From the human T2T-CHM13v2.0 reference genome, Homo sapiens, in assembly GCF_009914755.1 (NCBI RefSeq), contig NC_060934.1: a stretch of DNA of 64,000 bases. One strand, 5' to 3'. The notes under the pieces were generated by a model. It saw nothing but the letters and a program-made list of their open reading frames with translations. It did not search any database and was not told the origin of the DNA. Below are positions 1 through 13,778 of the stretch, piece by piece. Positions within the stretch are counted from its first letter, which is position 1; each line of letters begins with the position of its first letter. Position numbers and translations under genes: made by a program.

Positions 1-693
1 TTTCAGGGAAAAATCACCTTCTTCCTGCACCATCCCCTTTCCAACTCCCCATTCCACTGAGAGCCGTTTCCACTTCCATTGCCCAATAAAATCCTCCATG
101 TACACTACCCTTCAATTTGTTCATGTGACCTGATTCTTCCTGGACACAGGACAAGAACCTGGGTGGCTCACACCTGTAATCCCAGCACTTTGGGACGCTG
201 AGGCAGGTGAATCACCTGAGGTCAGGAGTTCAAGACCAGCCTGGCCAACATGGTGAAACCCCATCTCTACAAAAAAATGCAAAAAATTAGCCAGGCATGG
301 TTGTGCATGCCTGTAATCCCAGCTACTCAGGAGGCTGAGGCAGGAGAATTGCTTGAACCGGGAGGCAGAGGTTGCTGTGAGCCAAGATCATGCCATTGCA
401 CTCCAGCCTGGACAACAAGAGCAAAAAGAAATAAAAAATAAAACAAAAATACAAAACAAAACCTGAGTGCTGAGAGGGCAGGAGCTTGGACATTGCTGTG
501 GGGCCTGCACAGAGCGTGCTCCAGCCAGAGAGGAGTGACCAGCTGGTTCCAACGTTCATTTGCTCCAGTTCCTGCACTTGCTTGCTCACGCACTCCCTCT
601 CTCAAGGAGTGGCCAGCAGTGGGCTGAGTGAAATGAGCCACTCCAGTTCCCACCCATGAAAGGGGTCAAGGTCATGGGAATAATCCAGTCTCA
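1..693 (+). mobile_element. ERV1-class LTR 3' part (LTR1/LTR27/LTR28-like), interrupted by an Alu
   Basis: AATAAA near 85; LTR1-like 3' end (AGGGGTCAAGG...TCCAGTCTCA); continuous across the Alu via TSD AAGAACCTGGGTG (153-165) / AAAACCTGAGTG (458-469). Confidence 0.65.
161..460 (+). mobile_element. AluS (Sq/Sx-like), slightly 5' truncated
   Basis: Dimeric Alu sequence, A-rich linker and tail, TSD. Confidence 0.95.
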
Positions 694-986
694 ATAGTAT
701 TAAAAGGCGGGCTCTGTCTGGAGGTGATTGAATCATGAGGGTGGAACCCTCCTGGATGTGATTGGAGTCCTTATAATAGAGACCCAAGGGAGTTTGTCCC
801 TTCCACCACTTGAGGACACAGGCAGAAGACATCATCTATAAGGAACATACCCTCACCCAACACTAAATCTGCTGGTGTTCTGATCTTGTACTTCTCAGCC
901 TCCAAAACTTCAGGAAATAAATATCTGTTGTTTATACATCACCCAGTTGATGTATTTTGTTATAGCAGCCCAAATGGACTAAGACA
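694..986 (+). mobile_element. MLT1A-like MaLR LTR, 3' portion
   Basis: Typical end TATTTTGTTATAGCAGCCCAAATGGACTAAGACA. Confidence 0.8.
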
Positions 987-2307
987 CAAGGTGACAGAGG
1001 GGTTGTGTGATCTAATTAATTAAGGCTTGGAGAGTGACTGGAGAAGGGTTTGGTATTAGCATTCAGTATTATTTATTTGTAATGCAATTTGAGAACTTTC
1101 TCCATAATGAGGAAAAATTACACACAGCCATTTAATTCCTCAGGGTACTTGAGAATAAAAAGCTGGCTTCAGGAGAGCAGAGAATTACTGCAGCCTTTAC
1201 TATAATAACCACCAGCATGGAAATGAAATAAGAATCTGCTAGCTCCAGGTGGAAAGTTATCTGAGGAACCTAAATGGGCCTGTTGCTGATATACTCATGG
1301 TTGGCACAAGCAGAAAACCAGACATTCAAGCCCCTCCACTGAACCCCTCGCAGTCAGCAGCACTAAAGCCCAGAAGCACAAAATGAGTGAAGATATTGGT
1401 GGCGATAAATTTTTTTTTTGAGTTAATGGACTTCATGAATACATGTATTTTTTAAGTTCGAGCTATTATCTAATTTCAAATCACCCCTTGCTAACATACT
1501 AATTTATTAACTTACAGAAATGATGATCCTACGTGATACTGGCCTCCCGACAACAGAACTGGGTTTTGGCAGGGTTTTATTTTCAGCAACACTGGGGAGA
1601 AAAAGCATGAGAAACTTTTGAAGAATAATAAAAAATGGATTAAAGGGAATAGAAATAATTTATCATGTGCAGATGTGCAGAAAGAAAAGATGGTGGCTTT
1701 GCAGCTTGGTTTTCTAAAAACCAAATTGTAGTGAAGGTATCTTGCCCAATCACCAATTTGTGAAAACAGGGACCTAGATGTCTCATGAGCTATCAGGTGT
1801 ACTAGCTTTCATAAAAATCACATGATCAAATGAATAGTCAGGAAATTCCCCTTCTTCTGACTAACCAAACCCAGACCTTGCAACCTTAATGAGAAGAGAA
1901 GGCCAGGAAAATCTGGCAGGTTGTTTGTTGAAAGCCAAACGCTGTGTGCATGTCAGCGGCTCTCTAAGGAGGTTCAAGGCTGCCGAATGACTTGAAAGTC
2001 CTCTGCAACTTTCTGTAGGAAAGGATAAAAAGGTAAACTTAGGAAAGGAAGGAAACGTGGATTAAAGTATGACTTGCAGCTTCTAGAATCTTCCAAGGAG
2101 GAAAGCACTTCCAAAAAATGCTTAGAGGTTTCTTTTGTGTCTGAAAAGTAAATGAATTGCTCAATGAGTTCCCCTTTCATAGAAGGCTACTTTAAAAAAA
2201 TTATACTTTATTACTTTATATTATGCTTCTATATTTTTACTTTTTTATTTTAAAAAAACAGGAAAATGTGTCATGGATTCTAGGAAGATTTACAATTAAA
2301 ATAGTTA

Positions 2308-3116
2308 AAGTTTTTTTCCATTTTGTGACTTTGCTTTTCACACTCTAAGTTATCCTTTGATGAATACACTACTAATTTTAGCATAGTCCAATTTGTTCAT
2401 CTTTTTATTTATAGTTAGTCCTTCTTCTCTCCTTTTCAAAAAATAGTTCCATACCTCATGGTCATGAAAATTTCCTCCCATATTATCTTCTGAAAACTCT
2501 ACCATTTTGGCATTTAAACTTAGATCAAGAATCCACTTGGAACTGATTTTTTCCAATATATACATCGATTTTTTCCAACTCTGTTTATTAAGATGATGGT
2601 TCTTTCTTTATAGTTCTACTGGGTCACATTGAGTCTCCCTGTGGGTCTGTTTTGGATTTGCAGTTTTGCCCCACTGATCTGTTTATCCCTGCACTGACAC
2701 CACCATGCCTTATTGCAATAGTTTCCAATGAGTTTTGATATCCGGTAGGGCAAATCCTCTGTTCTCTATCTCCTCCTTTTCTTCCTGGTCCTCCTCTTGC
2801 CTCTTCAAGAGTATCTTAGCTACTTTTTGCCTTCTACTTCTCCACATACATTTTATAATCACTTTGCCAAATTCTATTAGAAAGAAAACTATTGATATTT
2901 TAGCTGGGATTGTATTGCATCTATAGAACAATTTGGGAAAGAATTTACGTCTTTGCAGTGTTACTTTTCCAACACATGAATGCCTCGTATCTCTCTTATT
3001 TAGGACTTCTTTAATTCTTTCCAATTCTGCATTATGGTTTTTTACACAGAAGCACTGTACATTTTTTGTCAGACAGATTCCTGTGTTTTGGATAATTTTT
3101 GATACTATTGTGAAAG
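2308..3116 (-). mobile_element. Old L1M (L1ME-like) ORF2 fragment, inverted segment
   Basis: ORFs 2710..3177 and 2350..2565 translate to degenerate L1 ORF2 (GICLTK...PKLFYRCNTIP...LPDIKT; KISSKWILDL...KLDY). Confidence 0.9.
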
Positions 3117-3222
3117 AAACATATATAAGCAACAAAATATATCTTATATAGTCAGAATATATATTTTTAAACATCAAAAGTTAAAATCAAAGAGACAAAA
3201 GCCCAATAGAAAAGTAGCCAAG

Positions 3223-3526
3223 CTGAGTGTGGTGACTCGCGCCTGTGATCCCAGCACTTTAGGAGGCCAAGGCAGGAGCACTGCTTGAGCCCAAGAGTTT
3301 GAGACCAGCCTGGACAACATGGTAAAACCCCATTGCTACAAAAAATACAAAAATTAGCCAGAAGTGGTGGCACAAGCCTGTGGTCACAGCTGCTCCAAAG
3401 GATGACATGGGAGGATCGCTTGAGCCCCAGAGGTTGAAGCTGTAGTGAGCCGAGATCATGCTACTTACACTCCAGCCTGGGTAACAGAGCGACATCCTGT
3501 CTCAAGAAAAAAAAAAAAGGAAGAAA
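3223..3526 (+). mobile_element. AluJ
   Basis: GCTTGAGCCC diagnostic in both arms; TSD AAAGTAGCCAAG (3211-3222) / AAACGTAGCCAAG (3527-3539). Confidence 0.95.
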
Positions 3527-3643
3527 AAACGTAGCCAAGACTACCTGAAGAATACTTCATCAGAAAGGATACTCAAATGGTGAATAAAATGATAGAAGGC
3601 ACTCCAATCTCATTAGTCACCAGGGAAATGCAAACTAAAATTA

Positions 3644-4287
<644 letters not shown>

Positions 4288-4969
4288 TACAATGAAATAA
4301 CACCTCTCACCCCCAAGTGGCTAAAATTAAGACTGACAATAGCAAATGTTGATGAGGATATGAAGCAAAGGAGAACTTTTATATACTGCCGGTAGGGGTG
4401 TAAAATTACTTTGGAAAACAGTTTGGTATTGTTTACTAAAGTTGATGATACACCCTGTGACCAAGCCATTCTACCCTCAAGAATATCCTAGAGAAATGTA
4501 TTTGTCCTCCTGACTATGTATATAGAAATATTCACAGGAACATTCTTTATTATAACCAAATACTGGAAAAAGCTCAAAAGTCTAGACAGGTGAATGGATA
4601 AATAATGGCGGTAAATTAATACAATGAAATATTATACAAGAATTAAAATGAACAGTATACAAGTACACATAAAAGCCCAGATAGATCTCACAAATGTAAT
4701 GTCGAGTTTGGGAGCCACAAAGAAAGGAATAAATGTTGTATAATTCCATTTATAGCAAATTTTAAGACAGGTGAAAACTAAACTATGATGTTTAGTGATA
4801 CATACTCTGATTGTAACAGCATAAAGGAAGTGAAGGAGATAATTACCATAGAAGCAGGAGAGAACTGTGACTAGAAGGAGGACCTGGGGGCATCCAGGGA
4901 TATCGGCAACATTTTCTTTTTTGAACTGGGTGCTAGTTACAAGGGTGTTTACTTTATAATTATTGATTA

Positions 4970-5097
4970 AGCTAGGAATCATCTGGATAGAAATTATTTT
5001 ATTTCTTCAATGGCTAAAATAAGACTTCTTCTGGCCTTCATAAATAACCAAAAAAATGATTAAACAGAGTGGGTCTTCGTTAGAAATACATGATGCT
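4970..5097 (+). repeat. Copy 1 of a ~125-bp local direct duplication
   Basis: Aligns by eye to 5772-5891 (AGAAATTATTTTATTTCTTCA.TGGCTAAAATAAGACTTCTT...ATGATTAAACAGAGTGG). Confidence 0.9.
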
Positions 5098-5771
5098 CTT
5101 TATGTCATTTTCTATATGTATATTATACAATATTGATGACAAATAAGATTTTTACAATTTCAGTTGTAAAAATTTGGAAAATCACGCACACACATTGTAC
5201 CTCATTCCGTAAAGTTTGTGGATTGTGTCTGTGTGAGTGTAAACACAATTTGGTGATTGTATGTTGACAGATTATTTCAAACCCTCCATTGCTAATTTAC
5301 CAATTCCCTAACTTGAATAAAGAACAACCATAATGATGTGAACCTCCTGATTGTAATGCTCAGTTTTAAACATTTTTATTTTGTCACTATATTTTATATA
5401 TATATAATGTATATAAAATGTTTATGGGTATATATTTGTAATTAAACATGTTGATATATGTATTTATATGTAAGTACACATAAAACTAAAAATAAAAGTA
5501 CACACTTATATGTGTGTGTGTTTGTGTGTATATATACACATATGTTTAATAACAAACATATACCCATAAAAATATTCAAGGAGTCACACTTTTTGCAGAA
5601 AGGTTATTTAATAGATTCTTTCGATAATGAGATTTTTCTCCTGGGAGAAAACATGTTTTAATCACATTTTGTTTTGCATTTTCAGTTTAGTACTTATCTG
5701 GTTTTTGGATTTATAAACACTTAAATGATATGAGATTACACTCCCATAAAGCTGTTTAGTAACTCTTACAT

Positions 5772-5891
5772 AGCCAGGAATCACCAGAAATTATTTTATT
5801 TCTTCAGTGGCTAAAATAAGACTTCTTATGGCTTTCATAAATAACAAAAATGATTAAACAGAGTGGATATCTATTAGAAATATGTGCTGCT
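5772..5891 (+). repeat. Copy 2 of a ~125-bp local direct duplication
   Basis: Aligns to 4970-5097. Confidence 0.9.
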
Positions 5892-6184
5892 GCCTGAATT
5901 GGGGATATATATATATATACATATTTCTCCTTTTACTGTGTGTGGGGCCCACACTGTTTTTCACCCTCACAGATCTCTTGAAATGTATCTCTGATTCACA
6001 GAAGGGATTACTCACTAAGCAGTGTTATTTCAAGTAATGATATATTGCTGGCTGGTATTTTAGTAGATTCTTAGTAACCAGTCATTGAAGAAAGAGAGGA
6101 GAGAGAGGACTAAAAGGAGTTAAGAAGTAAAAAAGAAAGGTAGGAAGATTTTTTTGAAATGACTATAAGCCAAATTAAAGCATA

Positions 6185-6520
6185 AACAATAAATGAATGA
6201 AACACTACTAAATGAATGAAAGAAAATGAATGAATCAATAAAAAATTAATGAGTGGATGAAAAATGAGTAGATGAATAAAAGAATTAGTGACTGAAAATC
6301 AATGGATAAGTGATGAAATGCATGAAAAATATATAACAATAGAAATAAGTAAATGAATGAACAAATGGATGAATGAATGAATAAATAAAAATGAGTGAAT
6401 TACAGAGAGATGGAGTTGATAGATAAATAAATGAAGAATGAAAATGAACGAGCAAATGAAACAATATCTAAACGCATGCAAGAAAAACGAGTGGGTAAGT
6501 GAATACATGAAAGAATGAGG
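6185..6520 (+). repeat. Degenerate (AATG)n low-complexity tract
   Basis: Recurrent AATGAATG / GATGAAT units. Confidence 0.8.
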
Positions 6521-7460
6521 ATCAAAGGCATCAGCCTAATGTCTTCATTTTGCAGAAGTGAAAACAAGGGATATGTGATTAAATGATTTGTCTTTGATGG
6601 GGAAACTAGAACCTAGTTTTGCTGAAGATGAATTCATAGCATAATTTATCTTGAGTTTCCCTGAACAGCAAGCCTGAGACAAAGACTTTGTTCAGGTACT
6701 TGATTTGGGAAGCCACTCCAAGGATTAGGAGCAAACATGTAAGAGGAATAAGACAGGAAAGTAGAAAATGCCAATATAAGAGTGTGCTGTTGAGGTCATC
6801 TCTGTAGGCAATGGAGGTAGAGGAAAATCACTGGGAACTCCCCTCTCAGAACTGTCCGCCAGAAGGGTGGGAGGCAGGAGCATGTATCCACCAGTGCGCC
6901 TGGGGTTGAGGGAGACCCCTAGGGGTGTTAACTCCAGGTTGTGCATGTGCAGCAGGCAGACTGATCTCCTCCAGTGTCAGAGGAGCCTGGAGACCAAATG
7001 AAGATGGAAGCCTGTTCTTGAGGCAAAGGTTGATAGCAGAAAGTGAGTGAAAGCCCATTGTGCTGGTTAATTTCATGTGCTTCCATCAGAGAGCTGGTGA
7101 AACATTATTTCTTGGTGTGTCTGTGGGAGTGTTTCTGGACAAGGTTAGTGTTTGAATTGGTGGAATGAGGAGAGCAGATGGCCCTCCCCAATGTGGATGG
7201 GCATCCTCAATCCATAGAGGGTCTGGAGAGAGGACGAGGCAGACAAAGGTTGGATTTGCTCATTCTCTACCTGACTGACTGAGCTGGAACAATGCTGGTT
7301 CTCAAGCCTTCAGACTGTGCTTGGATCTATACCACTCCCTCTGTGGCCCTCAGTTCTTCAAACTACACCTTTCTTGGGTTTCCAGTCTGCAAAGGGAAGA
7401 CTGTGGGATTTCTCAGCCTCTGTAACTGTAATCCTGTGAGCCAACAGTTTAGAGTAAATT

Positions 7461-7495
7461 TCTCTCTCTCTCTCTCTTTCTCCCTCTCTCTCTCC

Positions 7496-7527
<32 letters not shown>

Positions 7528-7660
7528 GGGAGCTAAACATTGAGTACATCATGGATATTTATAAATCTCTTTAGATATAATATATATAATATTTATAATA
7601 AATAAATAAATATATATAAATACATAAACACACACACACACACACATACATATACACACG
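7461..7660 (+). repeat. Compound (CT)n(AT)n...(CA)n microsatellite
   Basis: Direct reading. Confidence 0.95.
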
Positions 7661-7662
7661 CA

Positions 7663-8226
7663 CAGTAGTTTCCTGGTATTCATGGAGGATTGATTCTAGG
7701 ACCCCACCCCCCTACAAATACAAAAATCCACAGATGACCAAGTGTGTCATACAAAATGGTGTAGTATTAGCATATAGCCTAGGCACATCCTTCAGTATAC
7801 TTTAAATCAAGCTTGTGTAACCCAGGGCCGCATGTGTCCCAGGACAGCTTTGAATGCAGCCCAACACAAATTCGTAAACTTTCTTAAAACATGAGATTTT
7901 TTTTTGTAATTTCTTTTTTAGCTCATCAGATATTGTTCATGTTAGTGCATTTTATGTGAGGCCCAAGACAATTCTTCTTTCAATGTGGCCCAGGGAAGCC
8001 AAAAGATTGTACATCTCTGCTTTAAATCATCTCTAGATTGCTTGCAATATTTAATACCATGTACACGCTATGTAAGTTGTTGTTATACTGCATTGTTTAC
8101 TGAATAATCCCAAGAAAAAAATCTGAACATGTTCAGAAGAGATGTAATTTTTTAAACAATATTTTTGATCCCTGGTTGGTTGAATCAATGAACGCAGAGC
8201 CTTCGGAAGATACAGAGGATCAACTG
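7663..8226 (+). mobile_element. MER2, split by MER30
   Basis: CAGTAG...CAACTG ends; MER2 body continuous across the insertion. Confidence 0.85.
7808..8019 (-). mobile_element. MER30 (hAT-Charlie)
   Basis: CAAGCTTG...GGCCCAGGGAAGCCAAAAGATTG; perfect 8-bp TSD CTTTAAAT (7800-7807 / 8020-8027). Confidence 0.9.
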
Positions 8227-9322
8227 TGTGTGTCTTTGTGTGTGCACATGTGCATGTTTGCACATACAAGTATGTCCTATTGGTTCTGTTTCTCTGGAAG
8301 TCTAGTACACCCATACTAGACTGTCTACCCAGAGGTGGCTGCAGTCAGAGCTGAAGTTACAAGGATGTGAAGCATGGCATTAGAAACACCAGGAGCACTC
8401 TATCGTGCTGATTTGTTCTAGGTAAGTTCTAGAAGGTGCTAGAAAAAGGAAGATGACTAAACAGTCATGATTTAATGTGTGTCTAATTAACAGGAACTCA
8501 GCCACAAAAATAAAATCAGGCTGAAGTTTCTGTTTCCTTCAGGCTCCAGGAGCTTCACAATCTGGTGTTAAATCCTGGTTCTGGTTAACAGATTATCAGA
8601 GTCTTCAGAGTTACTTTTCTTTTTCTTTCAACTCATAGCAATTGTTAATTTTAAGGCAGAAAAAAGAAGTCCTTTTAAAATATAAGAGTATATACAGAAA
8701 CATTTAAGAAATAGGGAAACTACCCTGCCAAGAAGCCCTTTATCTCTGAACAAGAACAATATGTAGTTCTTAGAGGTAAAGCCCACACTGCATCCATGAC
8801 CTCTTGTCTTCCCTCTTATGTTACAGAGATTCTGCCAGCTGTCAATTTAAACTTTGGGTGTGGTCCTTCCCCTAATCTCTGCACTGATAATACTGAGCTC
8901 CAAAACCTCACCTTTTGCATATGCTGAGTGAGAAAAGAACTAAGCATTGATGATTTTCCTTCAAGCTTACTACTCTCATTTCTTCTCAGAGTTCCCCCAA
9001 TCATTTCTTCATGGTGTCCCCTCGAGCCTCCTAATGTTTTCTCACCTGCCTTCCCCAGGTAACAGCCAATACTGACCTCAGGAAACATTATCTGCTTTCC
9101 TTCTATTCCCAAGGGCTCCCCGTGCTGGAGGGCCAAGCAGATAAACTAGCCTAAACTAAGGTATTTAATGCCTGTCATGAGGAATCAGGTCTCTTCCCAA
9201 AGTAGCAGTTACATTTTAACAGGAACTTTGGTGCTGTAATTCCAAATAATAAACAATATGGAAACTGCTGGAACTGTGGCAGGACCAAGGAAGGAGATTC
9301 CGGAGGCCATGAAAGGTTTTGC

Positions 9323-10135
<813 letters not shown>

Positions 10136-10341
10136 AGACGATTTTGTGATTGTCAGGACATACATTCATGCTTACACTTTTTTCCCTTCTTGTTTGTATT
10201 TACCAGAAATATACTGAATTTTTAACATGGTGGATTTCAGCTTTGTAATCCTATTTTCAATCAATTTCCATGTTCTGCTAATTATAACCACCATTATAAA
10301 AACCGTACAAGAGGTAGTGTCCCCTTATTATATGTATATAA

Positions 10342-10773
10342 TGTTAAAAGAAAAACTGCAGCCAAATTAAATTTAAAGGAGTTTAGTTGAGCAATGAACA
10401 ATTTGTGAATCAGGCAGCCCTCCGGAATCATAGCAGATTCACAGAGACTTCCACGCAGCCACGTGATGGAAGAAGATTTACAGACAAAAAAGGGAAATGA
10501 TGTACAGAAATCAGAAGTGAGGTATAAAAACAGCTGGATTGGTTACAGGTTGGCATTTGCCTTATTTGAACACAGTTTGAACAATTAGCAGTCTGTGAGT
10601 GGTTGAAGTATGGCTGCTGGGATTGGCCAAGACTTAGCTATCATTACAGGCCCATACTCCTAAATTAGGTTTTCAATCTTGTCTGCCTATTAAGCTAGGT
10701 TACAGTTCATTCATAAGGACTCAAATATGGAAGTATGGAGTCCGTCTCAGGCCATATTTAGTCTGCTTTAACA
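10342..10773 (-). mobile_element. MER57-like ERV1 solo LTR
   Basis: TGTTAAA...TTTAACA termini, 4-bp TSD ATAA on both sides. Confidence 0.85.
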
Positions 10774-11390
10774 ATAACACAAAATTTTGCCCCAACTATC
10801 CATACATGAGATTGGTCTTGCCTGGGACAATAATTTTGCTTCCAAGTCCCCTTCCAGTAGAAACCCCCTGTTCCTCCTCTATTATTCCTTATCTAAAGCC
10901 ATGAGCCTCATTGGCCATCCTGTCTCCAATCCAGAAACCCAGGCATCAATCTTCAGTCTTTCCTTTCCCCAACTCTTCCCCATCAAAATCCTGTCAATTC
11001 TCCTGCCTCATCATCTTGGCCAGCCGTACGTTTATCTCTTTCAACTACTGTGATGAGGGCTCCCAGAGAGAGCGTCAGGCAACTTTACCTGATCTGGACA
11101 TTGACTAAGATCCTGTAGTAGTTTCCTGTTGTCCTCAAAGTGTATGCTTCCTTTAACATGACACATCTGCCTGTCCACATGACTTTTTGCCACTCACTCC
11201 TTGTTTTGGAGTTGACACTGTGCTGTCTGTGGGCTCCAGGTTTTCACACTTCCTTATGCATCGAATATTTCTTTTTCTTCCTCTTCTCATGAATATATTC
11301 AGTTTATCCTGAAATTTCAGGATGAGCACCACTTCTGGCAGCCTTCCCTGATCCTCGCCTGCTGAGGCTTGGTCTGGTGCATTGTTCTGT

Positions 11391-11855
11391 TGCATTTATC
11401 TCCTCCAGCTGCCAAAACTAATGACCACAAACAGGGTGCTTAAAACAACGGGAAATTATTCTCTTACAGGTTTGGAAGGCAGATGTCCAAAATCAAGGTG
11501 ATCTTAGGGATGTGCTCCCTCCAGAGGCTGGAGGGGACAATCAGAGCCTTGCCTGCTACAGCTCCAGTGCCTGCTGGCATCCCTTGGCTTGCAGCTGCAT
11601 CTCTTGGCTCTGCTGTCACAAAGCCTTGTCTTCTGTCTCTCTCCTTCTTGCTTATAAAGATGCTTACTATAAGGGTACTTGTGATGGCATTTAGGGGCCA
11701 CCCAGATAGTCCAGAGTTATCTTCTTATCTCAAGTACTTAAACTTAATCACATCTGCAAAGAACCTTTTTTCCAAATGAGGTAGCATTCGCTGGTTCCAG
11801 GGATTTGCTGTGGATATACAGCAGGGGGATGGAGATCATCTTCTACATTCTGCAC
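11391..11855 (-). mobile_element. MLT1C-like MaLR LTR
   Basis: CCACAAAC...GCTTAAAACAAC...TCCAAAATCAAGGTG...AACTTAATCACATCTGCAAAG. Confidence 0.8.
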
Positions 11856-11909
11856 CAATTCTGGTCTAACAGACCAGTCATTGTGCTTTCTTTTGTTTGT
11901 TGCTTGTTT

Positions 11910-12325
<416 letters not shown>

Positions 12326-12875
12326 TAAATATTAAACATCACCAAACCCTCAAAACCCGTCTCAGTATGGTTCACCATCCCTACCTCCAAGACACTCCAA
12401 GCATCTGCTCTTTCAATGAGTCTTTTCCAGGGTGGAGAGTAAGGGATTCCTTCTCTAGTTCAGGGAAATTCTGACCTGACCGATGATCCCTCTTGGACAG
12501 TCTGAGAAGCAAAGGGTCTTCATTCTAACCAGGTTGACTCAACCTAGTCCCAGTTGCCGCTTCCGAAATACCTCCCCAAAGGAGTCTGCACCCCTCCTAA
12601 AGACCACTGTGCACAGGAACACTGGTCTGAAAACACAGATCACTCAAAGTATTAAAGAGGTCACTTCTCCTTTCCAATAGGCCCAGTTGTGGCCTCTTAG
12701 GTTTTTCTTGGCTTTGAGAAGAGGAGAAAATCCCATAGCATTACTGTAATGCTTGCCATTGCTGGTCCCCCTCAAGGCATCTCAGTATCCTCACTCTCCC
12801 AAAGTTTTCCAGGTCCCTTACCTCACCCCACCATGTACTCACTGGTGGACGAAAGCCAAATTTTATTTCAGTCTC

Positions 12876-13279
12876 TGTAAGTCAATTCTCTCACTGCTAT
12901 AAAGAAATACCTGAGACTGGGTGATTTATAAAGAAAAGAGGTTTAATTGAATCTTGGTTACTCAGGCTGTGCAGGAAGCATGGCAGCATCTGCTTCTGGG
13001 GAGGCCTCAGGAAACTTTCAATTATGGCAGAAGGCAAAACGGGAACAGGCATTTCACATGACTGGAGCAGGAGGAAGTGGGTGGCGGAGGTACCACATAC
13101 TTTTAAACAATCAGATCTCATGAGAACTCACTGTTGGAATGACAACACCAAGGACCTATGGTGTTAAACCATGAGAAACCACCCCATGATCCAATCACCT
13201 CCCACCAGGCCCCACCTCTAATATTGGGGATTATAATTCAACATGAGATTTTCTGGAGACACAGATCCAAACCATATCA
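12876..13279 (-). mobile_element. MSTA-like MaLR solo LTR
   Basis: TG...ACCATATCA termini; 5-bp TSD GTCTC (12871-12875 / 13280-13284). Confidence 0.9.
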
Positions 13280-13577
13280 GTCTCTTTAGTGACTCTTCAG
13301 AAAAAAACTCAATAATTTTAGCTTTGTGTTCAAGTGTTTATTCCTCTTTTCCACACCTCAATTAAGCAACCAGTATCTTGTCTTTATTAGTCAAGAATAC
13401 CAGTTGCAAGGATTCTGAATCTGTGACATCTTTAAAAAATCTTCTTCCCAGTTTCAGGGACCAGAGGACTGTATGCTCCTGACTTGGGGTGTAGAGTCAG
13501 ATCTTCCCAAGTCCTTATTCTAGAAAGCACAAACACCCTCAGTTATATCTCATAGAACCTGTAGATTTTTAGTTAAA

Positions 13578-13778
13578 CAAGCATAGTGGTTAAGTATATG
13601 GTCTCAGAAGTCACTCAGAATCAGATGTGCATCTCAGCTCCACCAATAATTAATTTGAGTGATCTTAAGTATATTTTGTAACTTCTTCAAGTTTCATGTT
13701 CCTCTTCTATTGCATGAAATAAATGCCCACTAATAGGGTTGTTGTGAATTTTGAAGGAAAACATGCATGTAGAACAAA
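13578..13778 (+). mobile_element. MIR
   Basis: AGCATAGTGGTTAAG head and ATAGGGTTGTTGTGAA tail motifs. Confidence 0.75.

Larger units (their letters stand above)
7059..8309 (+). mobile_element. MLT2B-like ERVL LTR containing microsatellites, MER2 and MER30
   Basis: TGTGCTGGTTAATTTC start, CCTATTGGTTCTGTTTCTCTGGA...TACA end, 5-bp TSD CCCAT (7054-7058 / 8310-8314). Confidence 0.9.
6645..8385 (-). mobile_element. LTR33-like ERVL LTR, split by MLT2
   Basis: CCTGAGACAAAGACTTTG...TTTGGGAAG...GGGGTGTTAACTCC pattern; resumes after 8310. Confidence 0.7.

Noticed and set aside
1519-1620. ATGATGA resembling a snoRNA C box
   Set aside because: No CTGA D box or terminal stem at a suitable distance
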